Assembly: GCA_963707985.1 (NCBI GenBank)
Contig: CAVPRW010000035.1
Location: 1-64,000, forward strand
Direction: 5' to 3'
Length of the DNA stretch: 64,000 nucleotides
Origin: an uncultured Nitrospinota bacterium
GTDB taxonomy: Bacteria; Tectomicrobia; Entotheonellia; J063; CAVPRW01
Positions 63,120-64,000 of the stretch are shown here, piece by piece. The notes below the pieces were generated by a model that worked only from the letters and a program-made list of their open reading frames with translations, was not told the origin of the DNA and searched no databases. Position numbers and translations under genes: made by a program. Position 1 is the stretch's first letter. The number at the start of each line of letters is the position of its first letter.

Positions 63120-63653
63120 ATGCCCATAGCAGAGGTGCTGTCCCAACAAGTGCTGCATAGCTATCGTATCTTTGCGATCATCGAGCAGTCGCTCCGGCTG
63201 CCGTCCGGTCGAACGGTGGTGCGCCAGGTGGTGCACCATCCAGGTGCTGTGGTGATCATGCCCCAGTTAGAAGACGGCCGTCTGCTCTTGATCGCACAGT
63301 ATCGGTTTGCCGTGGGGGAGACGTTGCTGGAATTTCCTGCGGGTACCCTCGAGCCGGGTGAAGCGCCATTGGAGTGTGCCAGGCGCGAACTCAGCGAAGA
63401 GACTGGGTACCGGGCGGACCACTGGCATCCTCTGGGGGTGATCTACTCCTCGCCAGGCTTCTGTGACGAGCGGCAACACCTATTTATGGCCACTGGTCTG
63501 GTGCCCGAACACGCCGCGGGGGATGAGGACGAGATCATCGAGGTGAAGGGGCTGACGGTGCAAGAGGTCGAGCGGTCCATCGCCGATGGGACGTTGGTCG
63601 ATTCGAAGTCGATCGCCGTCTATGCCCGCGCCAAGCTGCAGAGAGTGCTCTGA
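63120..63653 (+). CDS. Nudix hydrolase (ADP-ribose pyrophosphatase-like)
   Basis: HPGAV; QYR; Nudix box EFPAGTLEPGE....CARREL.EETG; SPGFCDE. Confidence 0.92.
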   Translation: MPIAEVLSQQVLHSYRIFAIIEQSLRLPSGRTVVRQVVHHPGAVVIMPQLEDGRLLLIAQYRFAVGETLLEFPAGTLEPGEAPLECARRELSEETGYRADHWHPLGVIYSSPGFCDERQHLFMATGLVPEHAAGDEDEIIEVKGLTVQEVERSIADGTLVDSKSIAVYARAKLQRVL

Positions 63654-63819
63654 CCTGGCGAGGTTTGCCAGGCACGGCTGGAGAAGCTCGCGGAAATTTC
63701 TGTGCCATGGCTCCTCAGGGGCCTCGAATGGACAATGTGCGTTCAGAGATGGTATGCTCGCGCTGAGACATCGCCTTGGACATCGGCCTGCATTCACAGC
63801 CCTGGAAGGAGGGACTGCC

Positions 63820-64000
63820 ATGCCATTTTATACCAAGGGAGACGTTCGCATCCGCTACGAGGAAGCCGGGTCCGGCTTCCCGCTGCTGGTCACCCCCGGC
63901 GGGGGCTTGAACTCCCGCGTCAGTAATTGGGCGACCGCGGTGTTCAACGCCATGGAGGCCTTCAAGGACGAGTTCCGCTGCATCACGATGGACCAGCGCA
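63820..64000 (+). CDS. Alpha/beta hydrolase, 5' part (runs off window)
   Basis: MPFYTKGDVRIRYEEAGSGFPLLVTPGGGLNS...FRCITMDQR; RBS GGAGG. Confidence 0.8.
   Translation, partial: MPFYTKGDVRIRYEEAGSGFPLLVTPGGGLNSRVSNWATAVFNAMEAFKDEFRCITMDQR

Overview
High-GC (roughly 60% by eye) bacterial chromosomal window, probably from an uncultured Gram-negative lineage. A Tectomicrobia/Nitrospinota-like origin is my inference from gene content and is unverified. (1) 1-12.3 kb: an accessory region bracketed by two ~93%-identical copies of the asnS 3' end. It holds toxin-antitoxin pairs, IS/recombinase remnants, a vanadium-haloperoxidase-like gene and a divergent wHTH-cyclase-AAA-TPR (STAND-type) regulator. 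(2) 12.3-19 kb: a dop gene with no pup/prc/pafA beside it, followed by a TlpA-like redoxin with an in-frame UGA (UxxC); an inverted-repeat-flanked HUH Y1 transposase; acetoacetate-CoA ligase; and a SelW/Rdx-like selenoprotein gene (CxxU). (3) 19-31 kb: polysaccharide export genes (SLBB/Wza, Wzz-like, Wzi) followed by an Ara4N-type module (arnT-like, arnC, formyltransferase, arnD, arnT-like). (4) 31-54 kb: mostly housekeeping and stress genes (uvrA, OprB porin, phhB, dppABC, nitroreductase, perR-dps, FecR + CHASE2 cyclase, hsp20-clpB-lon, suhB, O-methyltransferase). (5) 54-64 kb: a larE-YHS-CoA transferase x2-crotonase-'DGLPVVPPT' protein-UGSC selenoprotein cluster, then TPR, LLM, Nudix and a hydrolase. 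Three selenoprotein genes are split by the ORF track; each has a SECIS-like hairpin with its loop 17-26 nt after the UGA. Many conserved genes carry single indels that look like long-read consensus errors. No rRNA, tRNA or CRISPR array was seen. All family assignments are from motif recognition, not database searches.
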